From Balanoglossus misakiensis (lineage: Eukaryota; Animalia; Hemichordata): a DNA stretch of 64,000 nucleotides. Shown one piece after another: positions 39,601 through 51,173 of the stretch. The DNA is taken from NCBI GenBank assembly GCA_040954595.2, contig CM082597.2, forward strand, positions 3,564,014 to 3,628,013. The letters are read 5' to 3'. Below the pieces are notes generated by a model, which saw only the letters and a program-made list of their open reading frames with translations, was not told the DNA's origin and searched no databases. The position numbers and the translations under genes are program-made. Numbering within the stretch: position 1 is the first letter of the stretch; each line of letters begins with the position of its first letter.

Positions 39601-42600
39601 ATTTTATAAGTCGCAGCGATATGACCCTTCTTTGAAAGACTTGTTTGGGAGGAGATTTTAAGGACATGAATACAACAGAACATTGGTATTATAAGTCGCA
39701 CCCTCTTTTCGGCACACACTGTCACTCAAAAAAGGCACCGCGCGTCTTATAAAATGACTTTAACGGTAATTATTCTCTTTTGCTCTCCCTCTCTCTTCTT
39801 CTTACCAGCTTCGACGCGCAACGGTACATCTATACTAAGCATCAATAATCTTGAAGTCTCTGACGGCGGCACCTACACCTGCGTGGCCAGCTCTCCCGTC
39901 TCCGACAGGGAAGCATCAGCCAACCTGTTGATTCACACCGTCCCCGAGATCAGCTCCCCCACGAACAGAACGGTCGAGGAAGGCGACCAGGTCTCGTTCA
40001 CCTGCACGTTGATCAAGGGCAGCCCCGAGCCCACACTGAGGTGGCAACGCAATAACGAAGACCTGTACTACGGAACGCAGGTGAGAGAATCAACCCTTTC
40101 ACCCCCAGTTCCCTATTCAGAGGTCTCACCTTACCATAGAAAACAATGGGTTTGGACTGAACCATGGTGGGGAAAGGGTTAAATTATGATCAGTGCAAAA
40201 AAAAATTACTGTAAAACACTTTATTTTCGCGAGCAATTAATTTTCGCCATATACGCGAGAGCGCGAAAATAAAAAGTCGTGTAAATTGTTTTTGAAGATA
40301 ACGATGCAGTGAATGCAATAAGAGAACGTGAAAATTAATACTTGCGAAACAGTGGCCTCTCTCGATATCACGAAAAATTTAACTCGCGAAAATAAAGTGT
40401 TTTACAGTATTGCACAGAACCACTGACATATTTACAATTGTCACTGATCACTGATTCATCTCCCTTGTCGTGAAATTCTAGCCATCAGATCCTCGCATGG
40501 AGATATCAGCTTTTGGAGATAGTATAGTATTGACTATCAACAATGTCAACAGCCGGGATATTGGGGCCTACACTTGTATTGCGCAGAACTTTGCCGGACA
40601 AGACGCGAAGAATTTCTTCATCAATGTTGAACGTAAGTATGAAAAAATGTACAAATGTTTTCTTGACATAACTATGATATGTAAATTAAGGTGACGTTCA
40701 ACCTTTGATAAGTAAGGGGCACCAAGCTGTAACTTGACACATGCACTACTAGTAGTGTGCCAACTATACCAACACAACTCACCAATGATTCTACATTAAA
40801 CTCATAAACTTAAGGCATACCAGAAGTGCTGACACAAACATATTTACAAAAATTCTCCAATAACTTTTTCAAAAGGTTTTGAAAAATCATGCTTGTTATA
40901 AGGGCACACATGGACTTGTTGATGTTGAAAACTAGTCTCCCTTGTCAAAAATGTTCTAATTCAACAGGACTATAGATTTTGAAACTTCGAAAGATTTCCA
41001 TAGAAAAAGGGCCAGAACTACACAGAGCTTCTAAAGATGTCCATAAAAATTCTATAAATTTCAAAGGAAATTCTATAGGCTTTAGAATTCTATAGATATC
41101 TATAGAATCTTTATTTTTATCTATAGAATTATGTGACTTCCCCTATCTTTCAGATGCTCCTTACATTGACACTGCCAGGACACCATCAGTGATCTACACA
41201 TGGCTTGGACACCCGACAGAGATTAAATGCGTGGCCGTGGGTAACCCAGCACCAAAAATTCAGTGGGAATTTACAGGTGGGATGTTGAACGCTACCCTGG
41301 ACACTCAGATTGGATTCAACACTTACCAAAGCTCTCTAATGGTAAGTTGCAACCTTAAAGGGACAAAGTCTCTCTCTCGCTGCCTTTTTTCCATTATGTT
41401 TGATACAAGACATCGTTTTATGATATTCTATATGTGGATATATAGTGAATCAACGTTCGACCATCACACAACTTCCATCCCTCTTGTAGACAAAATCATT
41501 GATGTGCAAATTGTTGCGTTCACAGGTTATAATGGGAAACACTGATTTCGGTGACTACAAGTGCATGGCTGGGAACTCGCGTAATTCCACACATTATATT
41601 ATCATCGTGGAAGAAACATGTAAGTTACCAGACACAGTATGACTCAAGATGCGAATTTGTTGTATATATGAGTCAAGGGGTTTTACTTGTGTTAACTTCT
41701 GGACTAACAAGTAATTAGATTTAGGGATGTCATATTACTCACTGACTATATTGATCCATTTTTTATAGAGTATTTGTCATATACATGGGTATGAAAACAC
41801 TACTCAAGCATATATATAATTAGCAAGGACAAAAATGCAAATTGGAGCTGACTAGTACTGTACAACTTATAGCTGCAATCTGTAGCAATTATATAGTTAA
41901 ATCTTGATTCTATTTCTTCATAATTTTTATTAATCAGATGCTCCCACAGCACCGAGTCGAGTACACGTAGTAACAACTACGCCAGTCAGTGTCATTCTGA
42001 CGATTGAGGAACCAGACAGCTTTGGTGGATGGCCGATCGAGAGATGTAAAGTAATTATTATGCGTGGAACCAATGGTCCTAAACAACAGGAAAAAATCGC
42101 TGATGGATATAAATGTAAGAAATTCGGTTAAGTTTGTGTAGTATGGTTAACATGGCGATCAGATTTCACAATTTCACGCAAATTGGTTTGTCTCCTGATG
42201 ATACTTAGTTACAAAAATGTCTTGGGAAAAATCCTGATCATCCAACATATGCCGTCACTTAAAAATGTTGTCATGTCTGTGCACATGACACATTTTGTGT
42301 TTGTTTGTACGTCAATTAGTGTAATATTCTATGTTGACAAATCCATATGAACAATTTTGGGGGTTCTTTGTATACAAATTGATATACTGCTTAATATTGT
42401 AACTAATTTAACTAAGCCCAGTACGTCAAAATCATACATTCTGTGCGTACAGACAACACTATGAATTGTTGATCTAAGAATATCAATAATTCTTGTTTGT
42501 TCTGCTTTAGTCGGTGAAGAAATTTCTGTGGATGGCCTGGAAGGTGAGAATGAATATACAGTGACTTCAGCATGTGCCAACAAGGTTGGATTTGGTGCGT

Positions 42601-43920
42601 ACTCATCACCACCAGTTCTGTTCAACACATTGGCTTACAGTAAGTAATAACACAGTTAGTTCTCGAATAGTTTTCATTTTGTGCTAGGAGGTCAAATCAC
42701 ATTATAATAATTGCATTATGGGTAAAAAGTCGACAACTCGTTGTAGTTAGAGATAGAAATGATATGTTTACTGTATTTCATGACTTCCTTTGGTCAAACA
42801 TTTCTGCCTTTATAGTAAGCATGTTTAAGTCATTCAACCTCTTTCATATTTTATTTATTCTGTTACAAAGTTTCAGAATATCACTTTAGTTTATGAACTC
42901 CTATTTCTTAAACAATATGGCCAAAAGTTGGCCATCTTGAAAACAGCTTATATGAAACGTCATCTCTGTTTGTATTCTAGGTACCCCTGGTGCTCCAAGC
43001 ATTATCAGTAAACCGGTCTCTAAGTTACCAATGGCATACATACTGGAATGGATGATACCGGATAATGGCGGCCTTGAGATTAAATCATATGAAATCACAT
43101 ATGGCGATGTAAGTGGCTGCCTTATATATATATTTTATACCTTATGTCTAATCCAGGGCTTACGTTTGGCTGAAAGATGTGATGTGGGAAATTCTAATTT
43201 TCGATAGTGTCTCGTGATTGGTTGAGAGACAATCATGTGATGTGGGAAATTCTAATCTTGGATAGTGTCTCGTGATTGGTTGAGAGACAATCATGTGATG
43301 TGGGAAATTCTAATCTTGGATAGTGTCTCGTGATTGGTTGAGAGACAATCATGTGATGTGGGAAATTCTAATTTTGGATAGTGTCTCGTGATTGGTTGAG
43401 AGACAATCATGTGATGTGGGAAATTCTAATCTTCGACGGTGTATTCTATGGTCTTATGAAAACACTGAATCCCTTGGTTGGAAGTTCACTATTCATGTTT
43501 GATTCTCAAAGCCTTAGTTTGTGCTGGCTATAAAATAACTTATTACAGAAAAACGTTCTACATCAGTTGATACCATGAGTGCAACTTGTCATGGTGTAAG
43601 AGTTCCCTGACCAATCACAATCTCTCTTACAGAACTCAGTCGACGACACCGGCATGTCAAAGGTCATCAGCGGGATACCACCTACCCAGACGGAGTACAC
43701 CATCAGAAACCTGAACCCCAACACAGAATACCAAATCCAACTGAAGGCTTTAAATGACCAAGGGGCAGGTGAATCTTCCACTATCACTGTCAAGACAGCA
43801 GAAGGACAGGACCCTGCGAATCCAGGGTATGGCAGTGGCTCAGAATCAACCGCAACAATTAGTTTTGTTTTGTTGTCCTCATGCATACTATCTGCACTCT
43901 TAGAAATCTGCAGGACATGA
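24024..43920 (+). CDS. NCAM: NCAM/fasciclin-II-like adhesion molecule: 5 Ig, 2 FN3, GPI-type C-terminus (about 734 aa)
   Basis: Exons 24024-24084 (signal peptide MDLHRTVLGICAVFGVIVQT), 34003-34152, 34607-34747, 34931-35065, 35225-35362, 37598-37750, 39809-40080, 40482-40632, 41154-41341, 41526-41619, 41938-42114, 42511-42639, 42981-43108, 43633-43920 (2205 nt, in phase). Five DxGxYxC Ig motifs, two FN3 domains, hydrophobic tail ISFVLLSSCILSALL. Exon 1 is the least certain. Confidence 0.85.
33520..33606. repeat. (TATG)n microsatellite
   Basis: Direct inspection. Confidence 0.95.
37433..37509. repeat. (TATG)n microsatellite
   Basis: Direct inspection. Confidence 0.95.
39143..39767. repeat. 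Tandem duplication of about 315 bp containing a TIR element
   Basis: 39143-39456 is approximately equal to 39458-39765. Each unit has inverted ends cgt(c/t)aaagtcattttataag ... cttataaaatgactttaacg. Confidence 0.85.
40094..40178. mobile_element. piggyBac-like MITE (family of 16651-16734)
   Basis: CCCTTTCACC...GGAAAGGG-TTAA; internal sequence is the reverse complement of the 16651 copy. Confidence 0.65.
40209..40407. mobile_element. TA-flanked MITE (Tc1/mariner-pogo type)
   Basis: Perfect TIR ctgtaaaacactttattttcgcgag at both ends with TA flanks. A related full copy is at about 60198-60402. Confidence 0.8.
41356..41492. mobile_element. Dispersed TTAA-AGGGAC element fragment
   Basis: ttaaagggacaaagtct...tgtggatat...atagtgaatc.acgttcgacc is shared with about 62397-62611. 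Confidence 0.6.
43177..43437. repeat. 58-bp minisatellite, about 4.5 copies
   Basis: Unit atgtgatgtgggaaattctaatcttggatagtgtctcgtgattggttgagagacaatc, in the last NCAM intron. Confidence 0.95.
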
Positions 43921-46900
43921 CTTTGAATTTGATTAGAGAAAATCAAAATTAGATGGTAGGATTGTGTTTTTTTCTTTAAAAAATTTGTTTTTGCATTCAG
44001 CAATAGTGCTTTCACACCAGTCTGTAAAGACAGTGACAGATGCATGGATATGTTTACATTGGACCTTTGCAAAGTTCACCCTTAGCGTCAAAAATGGACG
44101 CCAAAATTGAGACTTAGCTAAGGTCCAATGTATATACACATATCACAGAGAAAACAGCCATGTCTGAAATATGTTTTAGGTTTTTTTCTTTTTTATGTAA
44201 GCTGTGATAAATACGTTGCTAAGAAGTCAATTGGACATTTTCATGATCCTTCCTGGTATTTCTAGAAGTTCCCTCTTTAGAGGTCCAACCTTACCATAGA
44301 AAACAATGGGTTTGGACTGAACCATGTGGTGAAAGGGTAAAATCTTTCACTGACATGAGCCAGTCTTTTATCTTCCGGAGTGAGATTTCTCTTCCACTAA
44401 CATTATAGGACAATGTTTCATTGTCCGTGCCAACTATGACACTATAATAACTAGTTCAGGTAACTCCCTTTCAGGAAGACAAACTATAGCAATTAAATTT
44501 CTTGAGGAGATAGACAGTAAACTGATCTGCTCTATACTCTTTAATATTCCAATATATCTATTTTTCAAAGTTTACTATCTAGAAGATTTTTAGACTATAG
44601 CTTCATGTTTCTTTTCCCGGGAGTTGAATTTTTTTTTTATTTTATTGTTGATGAATATTAGATTGAAGTCATTGATTGAAGTAAAACGCGAAGTGAAAAT
44701 CAAAATGTGATTACAGGTATACTATGGCTGTTGTTTCACTATCAGTTCATATGGCTGACAACTTGTACATGAACATTATTCGTCAGTCCCACCCTGTGAT
44801 TGGTGGTTGCCATGACTCCAAACCACCGCCTAGCTCAGTGCCTTTCAACTGCAAAATTAGAGCAGAGAAACCCAGCAAAGGAATTTTGATGCAATAGCCA
44901 AACGCCAAGCACTGAATGCTATAGGGTAAATATTCACAAAATTTGGCCATTCATTTTATGGTATATGAGGAATCATCTGCCATGAAATCAAAACTGACAA
45001 GAACTGAATAAAATTGTTACAATACTATGCAAATGAATGTATGGTAAATAACATTACCACAATCATAATTACAGTCATGGTGAGGTAATTGCGTTTATAA
45101 TTCTAGCCAGTCACAGGGTGAGATTGGGGATGAAAATCTACTACAGTAAGTCCCAAATGTGGGGTGTTGTCGATAAATACACCAATAAATATATTAAAAT
45201 TTTGTTAAGTGTGTGGGTTGTCAATTGTATATTGATGTTAACTGTGAAGATTTGCTGATATTGTGTTTTGATGTGTTCTACAAATGGGGAGAGTACCACA
45301 TGTACACTACATTTATATGCAAATTAATTGTACATATTGACATAAGTGTTTGAAACCTTTGCTGTTTTTCTTGAGCACATTAAAATGATTAAGTTTTAGT
45401 TACAGAAGATGAAAAGTTAAATAATAATAATAATAATAATAATAAGTAATTGTACTTTTTTCTAGTACACTTAGCCAAAGCTGTTTTAAATTTATTCAGA
45501 TTTGACATTTTTATTGAGTTTCTCGGACTAAGACACAAGGGGTTCAAAGTGTCTCAGTCCCATTAATGTATCCAAGTGTACATCCATGCAGAAAGCCAGC
45601 AGGCACTGACTGGTCCCACAAGATTACACTGCTACATATGCATATATACCAAGTGGGAGTTCTAAAACGGACTCATTAATAATACTGTTGGAATTTTTGT
45701 TTTTTTACTGTCAAATTAGGGCCCGTGATGTCTCCCTGAGGGTATACCAACTATTGGGTGTACATGTACTCTATCACTGATAATGGACTGTGTTTTTCTT
45801 TCTACAAACAGTAAAGTAAAAACACTACCTTGATGACACAAGACTATAAGTGGCCCCTGAAGTATACTTTAATGAAACTAATGGAAGATTTTGTTCGAAA
45901 AAAAATAGAAAGTTTGAAAATACAAAATGCATCAAACAAAAATAAAGCAAACAAATCATAAGAATGTGAAAAGTATTTTACAGGGCCAGAAATATTTATC
46001 AAAGAATGGGAAAAAAAATCACACAAGGATACAATAAAAATAAGTTACTATTTCTCCCCTCTACTGTCTATGCTATTTGAAACATGACATGATAGATAAT
46101 TGAACAGTTGTATCTGTATTTCAGTCTGTTTATTCGTTGTTAGTCATTTTTATTGAACAAACATTTTGTACCTGTTCAAACTTTATTTTCAGTTAGATGT
46201 AGACAACTTTGTACTGTCTGAGACAGTCTTTTTTTCTAGATTTAAGAATCAAGATTGAAAAGTTTTTGTGTGAGAGTTAGAGCTTCTTACTTTCACTGTG
46301 AGAAATCTTGACAAGAAAATCTTGTTCTCATTTTTGACAAGTATTTTCAAACTGCTTGGTTTTATTTCACAGAAGTTCTTGAAATTTGAAATAGTTGAAC
46401 ATTTAACATTTTTATGAATCGTGACTAAGATTTGCTGCAATGTGTGATGGCTTGTGTGACTGTATCATACAGATGGATTGTTCCATTCTATCTGAAATGA
46501 AGGGGTGGTTCACCCCCAAATGATGCCCTTCAGAGGGGGAATGGATTCTTCTGATCATTTGTGACCAGTATCCTCCACGTACAACTATAAAATCCGAAGT
46601 TGAATATTTGCCGCAAAGCCATGAGTCATTTTTTCTCAAATAGAAAATGCAGGGGTCTTTGACTTGACCACAAGGTCTATTTTTCGGAGAGCAAGACCTC
46701 GGCGGGCAAAGATGCATTAGCAGTACACTAGTGCACTCATCCGGAAATGAATGTGAGACATCTGCCTGCCAGTACTGTACCAGAAATCTGTCATACATCC
46801 GGCAGTGGTACCGATGTTACTGCTTGACTTTCAGACGGAAATGATTCGCTTTTGAAAAGAAGGAATCACAGCGCATTTTCTGTAGAGATTAATGCACCGA

Positions 46901-47253
46901 TAACGGGTGCACTACATCATAAAATTGTTAATAAGTACCTTTTTATAGCTGTATAGTGAGCCACCTTTATGGGTAATTGAATGATATGAATGGGTTAATG
47001 AAGTCTTTTGGTGCAATGTAATTGTTGAATCCATATCTATGTTAATAAACTACTGGTTCCTTACTTTTATGAAACACGTGTACTGTTTGATAATGCACCC
47101 CCCACCCCCACCCTCGCACACAAAACTACCCCCTCCCCTAACGTACTTGTTCCCCCTTGTCTTAGCAGAGCCACAGACAAAGCACAGAAATCATGCCTCT
47201 ATTCGTGTCTAATTTTCAAATACACACAAATGTACCCCTCCCTCATAGTCATA

Positions 47254-47398
47254 CAGTCAAACCTGTGTTAGTGACCACCTCTATATAGTGGCCACTATGT
47301 TACAGTCCCTGTGCAATTCACATGTGCATTAATTGATCTCTCTATAAAGGCCAGTTTATGAAAGTCCCTTGACTGGCCACTATACACAGGTTTGACTG
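47254..47398. mobile_element. TA-flanked MITE (CAGTCAAACCTGT TIR)
   Basis: TA-cagtcaaacctgtgt...acacaggtttgactg-TA. Other copies at 53103-53281 and partial at about 30455-30560. Confidence 0.8.
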
Positions 47399-47461
47399 TA
47401 CTACACTTGTCCCTTAGGTGTCTAAATTCCATAACTTACAGAATAATTTTCTCAAACAGAA

Positions 47462-49633
47462 CTAGCTTTCCATCTTTTCTACACTGGAGGACGCTGACAC
47501 AGAATCTCTTGCCTTTTGTTTATTTTTCTTTCGTTGATGCGTCTTTTGATGTCCCTGTTGCCGTGGTGATCTCTCAAATCCTCTTGCCACTCCACGACCA
47601 AATGATATTGTCTTTGGCACTCTGAAACACAATTATTAAGTCATCAAGTTATATTACTCAGTGAATCAAGTATAGCTGGCATCCACCCATGGGGAATAAA
47701 TTACATGCCCTGTATTGTGCGATCTGTGGTGGTCCCTCAGATAATTGCTCTATATTAATATACAAAGCAAATGGTTTAATTACCTGTAGATTTTACTGCC
47801 TGGTGTGACTTGGACAGTTTCCATGGTTTCAACCAGGGCGTTTACATCTTTGTGGCCACCTGTGTCCATAGGTTCAGTGACAGTATCGGCAGTGTGGGAA
47901 GTCCTCTTTGACTCGCTGTGTGGAATATCAAAAAGAGAGACAAATTTATTTTGCATGAAGTGGCGGGTATCTCCTACAAATGGGCACTGCATGCTAATTT
48001 TGTGATGGATAGAATAAAATTAAAGTAACCACAACTACCATAGACAAATATTCCACAAAAATGTTCAATAGTTATGTACAGCTTTTGTTGATATCATACC
48101 GATTATCTACTTCAATGTCCTTGCATTTTTTTAAATATATTCACAATTTCAGTTTTCACATACCTTTTTGATTTCTTTAGTGGTTTATCAAATCTGAAAT
48201 TGGGTGGATACTTGTGGTGCTTGACTAGGTGCTGTTTTCTCTTTGTTGCCGTGGGATACCTCTCTGTACAGGACTGGATCAAACATCGGTACTGTAAATG
48301 AAGACCAGATACATCAATTGATGTAATTAAACAAATTGCATACAAAATACAAATCATGATTTTATTTTTTCTATTTTGTAAGTACGTAAAGTATTTTATA
48401 AAGGGAGTTTTAACACACCAATGTTATGACACCAAGTGTAAATTAAAAATTTTAATTTCCAAGGCATATCCATTTTATTACTACTAACAAATATGTTTAA
48501 TATACATTTTGTTCTGTTTTCAAAAAAGTCATACCCCTAACCCTTATGCTAACCATCCCCACCAGAGAATGGTACAGTCCAAGTTGCAAAGTCATAACCC
48601 TAACTCTACTGCTATTGGTACAGTCCAAGTTGCAGTTCCCTGGCAGTTCACTATTCACAATCTCCCACTCACCATGTTCTGTTTCTGTGCAAGGATCTGG
48701 AACATGGCATCGTGCCACTCCAAGATGTGGATGTCCAGCAGATGGTCAGACGGAAAGAATCTCTTGCAGTGGCTGCACACGTGGCGATGTTTGGAATTGT
48801 AGTGCACCTCGTAGGCCGATACGCTGGTGAAGAATTGCTTGCACCCTGGTTCATGGCATTTGAATTCTGCGACACTGAAAAAATAAAGAGATATGGTTAC
48901 ATCAGTGGCTGGCATTTATGATCATTTTATGCACATGGCCACTTTGCCATCATTGGGTGTGTGGTGTGATTGTATCTGCAATCATATGGAAGTTTCTAAG
49001 CACCAATGAAATACATATCATGAAATAGCTGCAATTAAAGGTACATTGTACACATCTGTCATCTATGCAAACTTACAGACAAATGCCACATAGAATGTTG
49101 AAATCTAGCCAACCAACCACAGAAAGTTGTCAGAATCTATCAGCAGTGTTTGGTCTTTCCTTTGTTTATGTATGAAACAGTGTGAAGAGGAATTTTCACA
49201 CTGTGTGAATGAATCCCAGAGTTCAAGAACAATATGCCATTAACAGTTTCTTTCATTTTCTCTTGCAGGGAAACAGGTGTTTAGTTACTACCTGTATACA
49301 AACTTATCAGGTTGACTTTTTGTTTTCTATTGTAAGGGGTGTCTTATGACCACCTGTGATTTTAAACAAGGCTTATCACATTGATCATGAGTCCTGTGTC
49401 ATTTCCTGCGTCTACAAGACGGTTTAAATTAATACTCACGTATTGAAAATGTCTTCTTCCTCGTCTTCATCCAGCGAAATCTGTTTCAGTAAAAGACAGC
49501 ATGCCACATCGCCGTCTTCAAAGAAAGGATCGCCGGGAAGAAGTCGTCTTTTCACAGGTTTAAAACTCCATGTCGGTGCAGCTGGTTTCTGTGTAAGAAC
49601 TGTTTGCACCGAATCTGTACTCTCTACCTCCAT
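47462..49633 (-). CDS. ZNF511: C2H2 zinc finger protein 511-like (about 271 aa)
   Basis: Exons 49633-49440, 48874-48673, 48291-48164, 47915-47784, 47621-47462 (816 nt). Motifs DPFFEDGDV.C, CHEPGC..F...YEVHYNSKHRHVCSHCKRFFPSDHLLDIHILEWHD, YRCLIQSC..HLVKHHKYPPNFRF and VPKTISFGRG are characteristic of ZNF511. Confidence 0.88.
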
Positions 49634-50299
49634 TCTGTTTTGCTAGCTGATGCAGATTTCTTCAATATAAAAAAACACACACACAAAATCAAGTAAATAA
49701 ACAGGTCTGATAATTTTGGCATAATTCCTTTGCTGTGAGTGTGATTCCATAACCCTTCTCTTCCCTTGGCTGTCGTTTTGTCCTGCAGGAACACGAACAG
49801 CTGAGAGCCTGGAAGAGTTGTAGATCCACAGTAAAATACTCTAGATAATGGCAAATGATGAATGAGGTTCTCTATAGCAAATTTTTTCATGTGTCATGAC
49901 TATGCAGGAATGTCGATATCAAAATATAATCGTGCTGTTCTGACATTGGTATTTCATGGAATACCTGTTATATACATGTTAAAACTTCTAAGATTGTTTA
50001 TGTGTGGTGTCTGATAGAAAAAGAATGTGTGTGTGTGGTGTCTGATAGAGAAAGAATTAATTTTCAATGTAGTGTAGAAACTTGTATGTTTTATTATGTT
50101 TTCATTACAAAAATAAAAAGTCTAAAAAACAATGACACAAGACACAAACAGTAACAATTGTAACATAGAAAGATATCACCCAATTTTGATTGGGTAAAAT
50201 ATTAAAACAGGTAGATTGCTAATGGGCCTATCCACTAATAAACATATCACCAGGCATGTAAATTAAAAGCGATTAAGAGAGCGTTCCGATATTAAAATT

Positions 50300-51120
50300 C
50301 GCTTGTTTTCTAGGTGGTCACTCGGAGACAGGCTCTCGGACTAGCTGGTCGACATGGAATGACCACCCATAAAACAAGAGACTATATTCACCCGTTGCAG
50401 GATGAAATGTACACGTACATGTACATGTACTCCGGCCTGGCCTTAGTTACACTGACACTTCAAGTCACAAAATCTGACGACCGACTGCAAATGGTCTAAG
50501 ACAAAAATCAAATATTGGCTCGATTGGCCGGTCGATGCGGAATATCTGCTGATATCACGAAATAAACAAGGCAAAATCGCAGAAATAAACAAAATGTAGC
50601 TGGAAAACCGACTTCCGTGGTCACCAAGAAGCCATTTTAAATCCGTGACCTTTGGGGGAAGCCCTAGCCAATCACAGAGAGCCATTTCATTTGATACCGG
50701 AGCAGAAATATGAACAAAGAATTACTTTTATACGGCATTTATATTTATTTTTGGATCTGGTTGTTAGGGAATCACCCTCCGACACCTTCTGTCAAGTTAA
50801 TGTGTCGTAATTATCGCCGAATACCTCACAATGTCCATTCCGTGAAACTGACCTGGGCAACTATGCAAACGAGGTCATATGATATTCCACCAATCAGAAG
50901 CAAGATATTGTCTTCTGGCGCCAAACTTAATTTATTCGGCGCTGAGAATTTGGCGTACTTTTCTGTTGTCAACCGGTTCAGTAACAGCTTGCACAAAAAT
51001 ATCCCCAGGTTCTGGGAAGAATTTATCGACCGATTAAGTAAGCTGGTTGTCAACTGTGTCAGGAACTGTTTAAGCTGACCACTGCTTAAAAATCTACAAG
51101 ATCGCAACGCAAGAATCTCA
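50300..51120. promoter_or_regulatory. CpG-rich bidirectional promoter (ZNF511 / Cut8-like)
   Basis: Head-to-head genes. ACTTCCG (ETS) at about 50611, GCCATTT (YY1-like) at about 50631 and 50680, CCAAT at about 50668, and locally higher CpG. Confidence 0.6.
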
Positions 51121-51173
51121 ATTTTTAAGTGATCACCTCCAGAGCCCAAGTTACACAGTTGAGCCCAGAGAAA

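Noticed and set aside
41040-41130. ATTCTATAG palindromic low-complexity patch
   Set aside because: Simple AT-rich slippage repeat.
43177-43437. CRISPR-like appearance of regular repeats (also 59598-60270)
   Set aside because: Whole units repeat with no unique spacers, no cas genes are present, and the context is eukaryotic introns.
46800-46920. Small hairpin tgcaccgataacgggtgca in the NCAM 3' region
   Set aside because: Too short to support an ncRNA or SECIS call.
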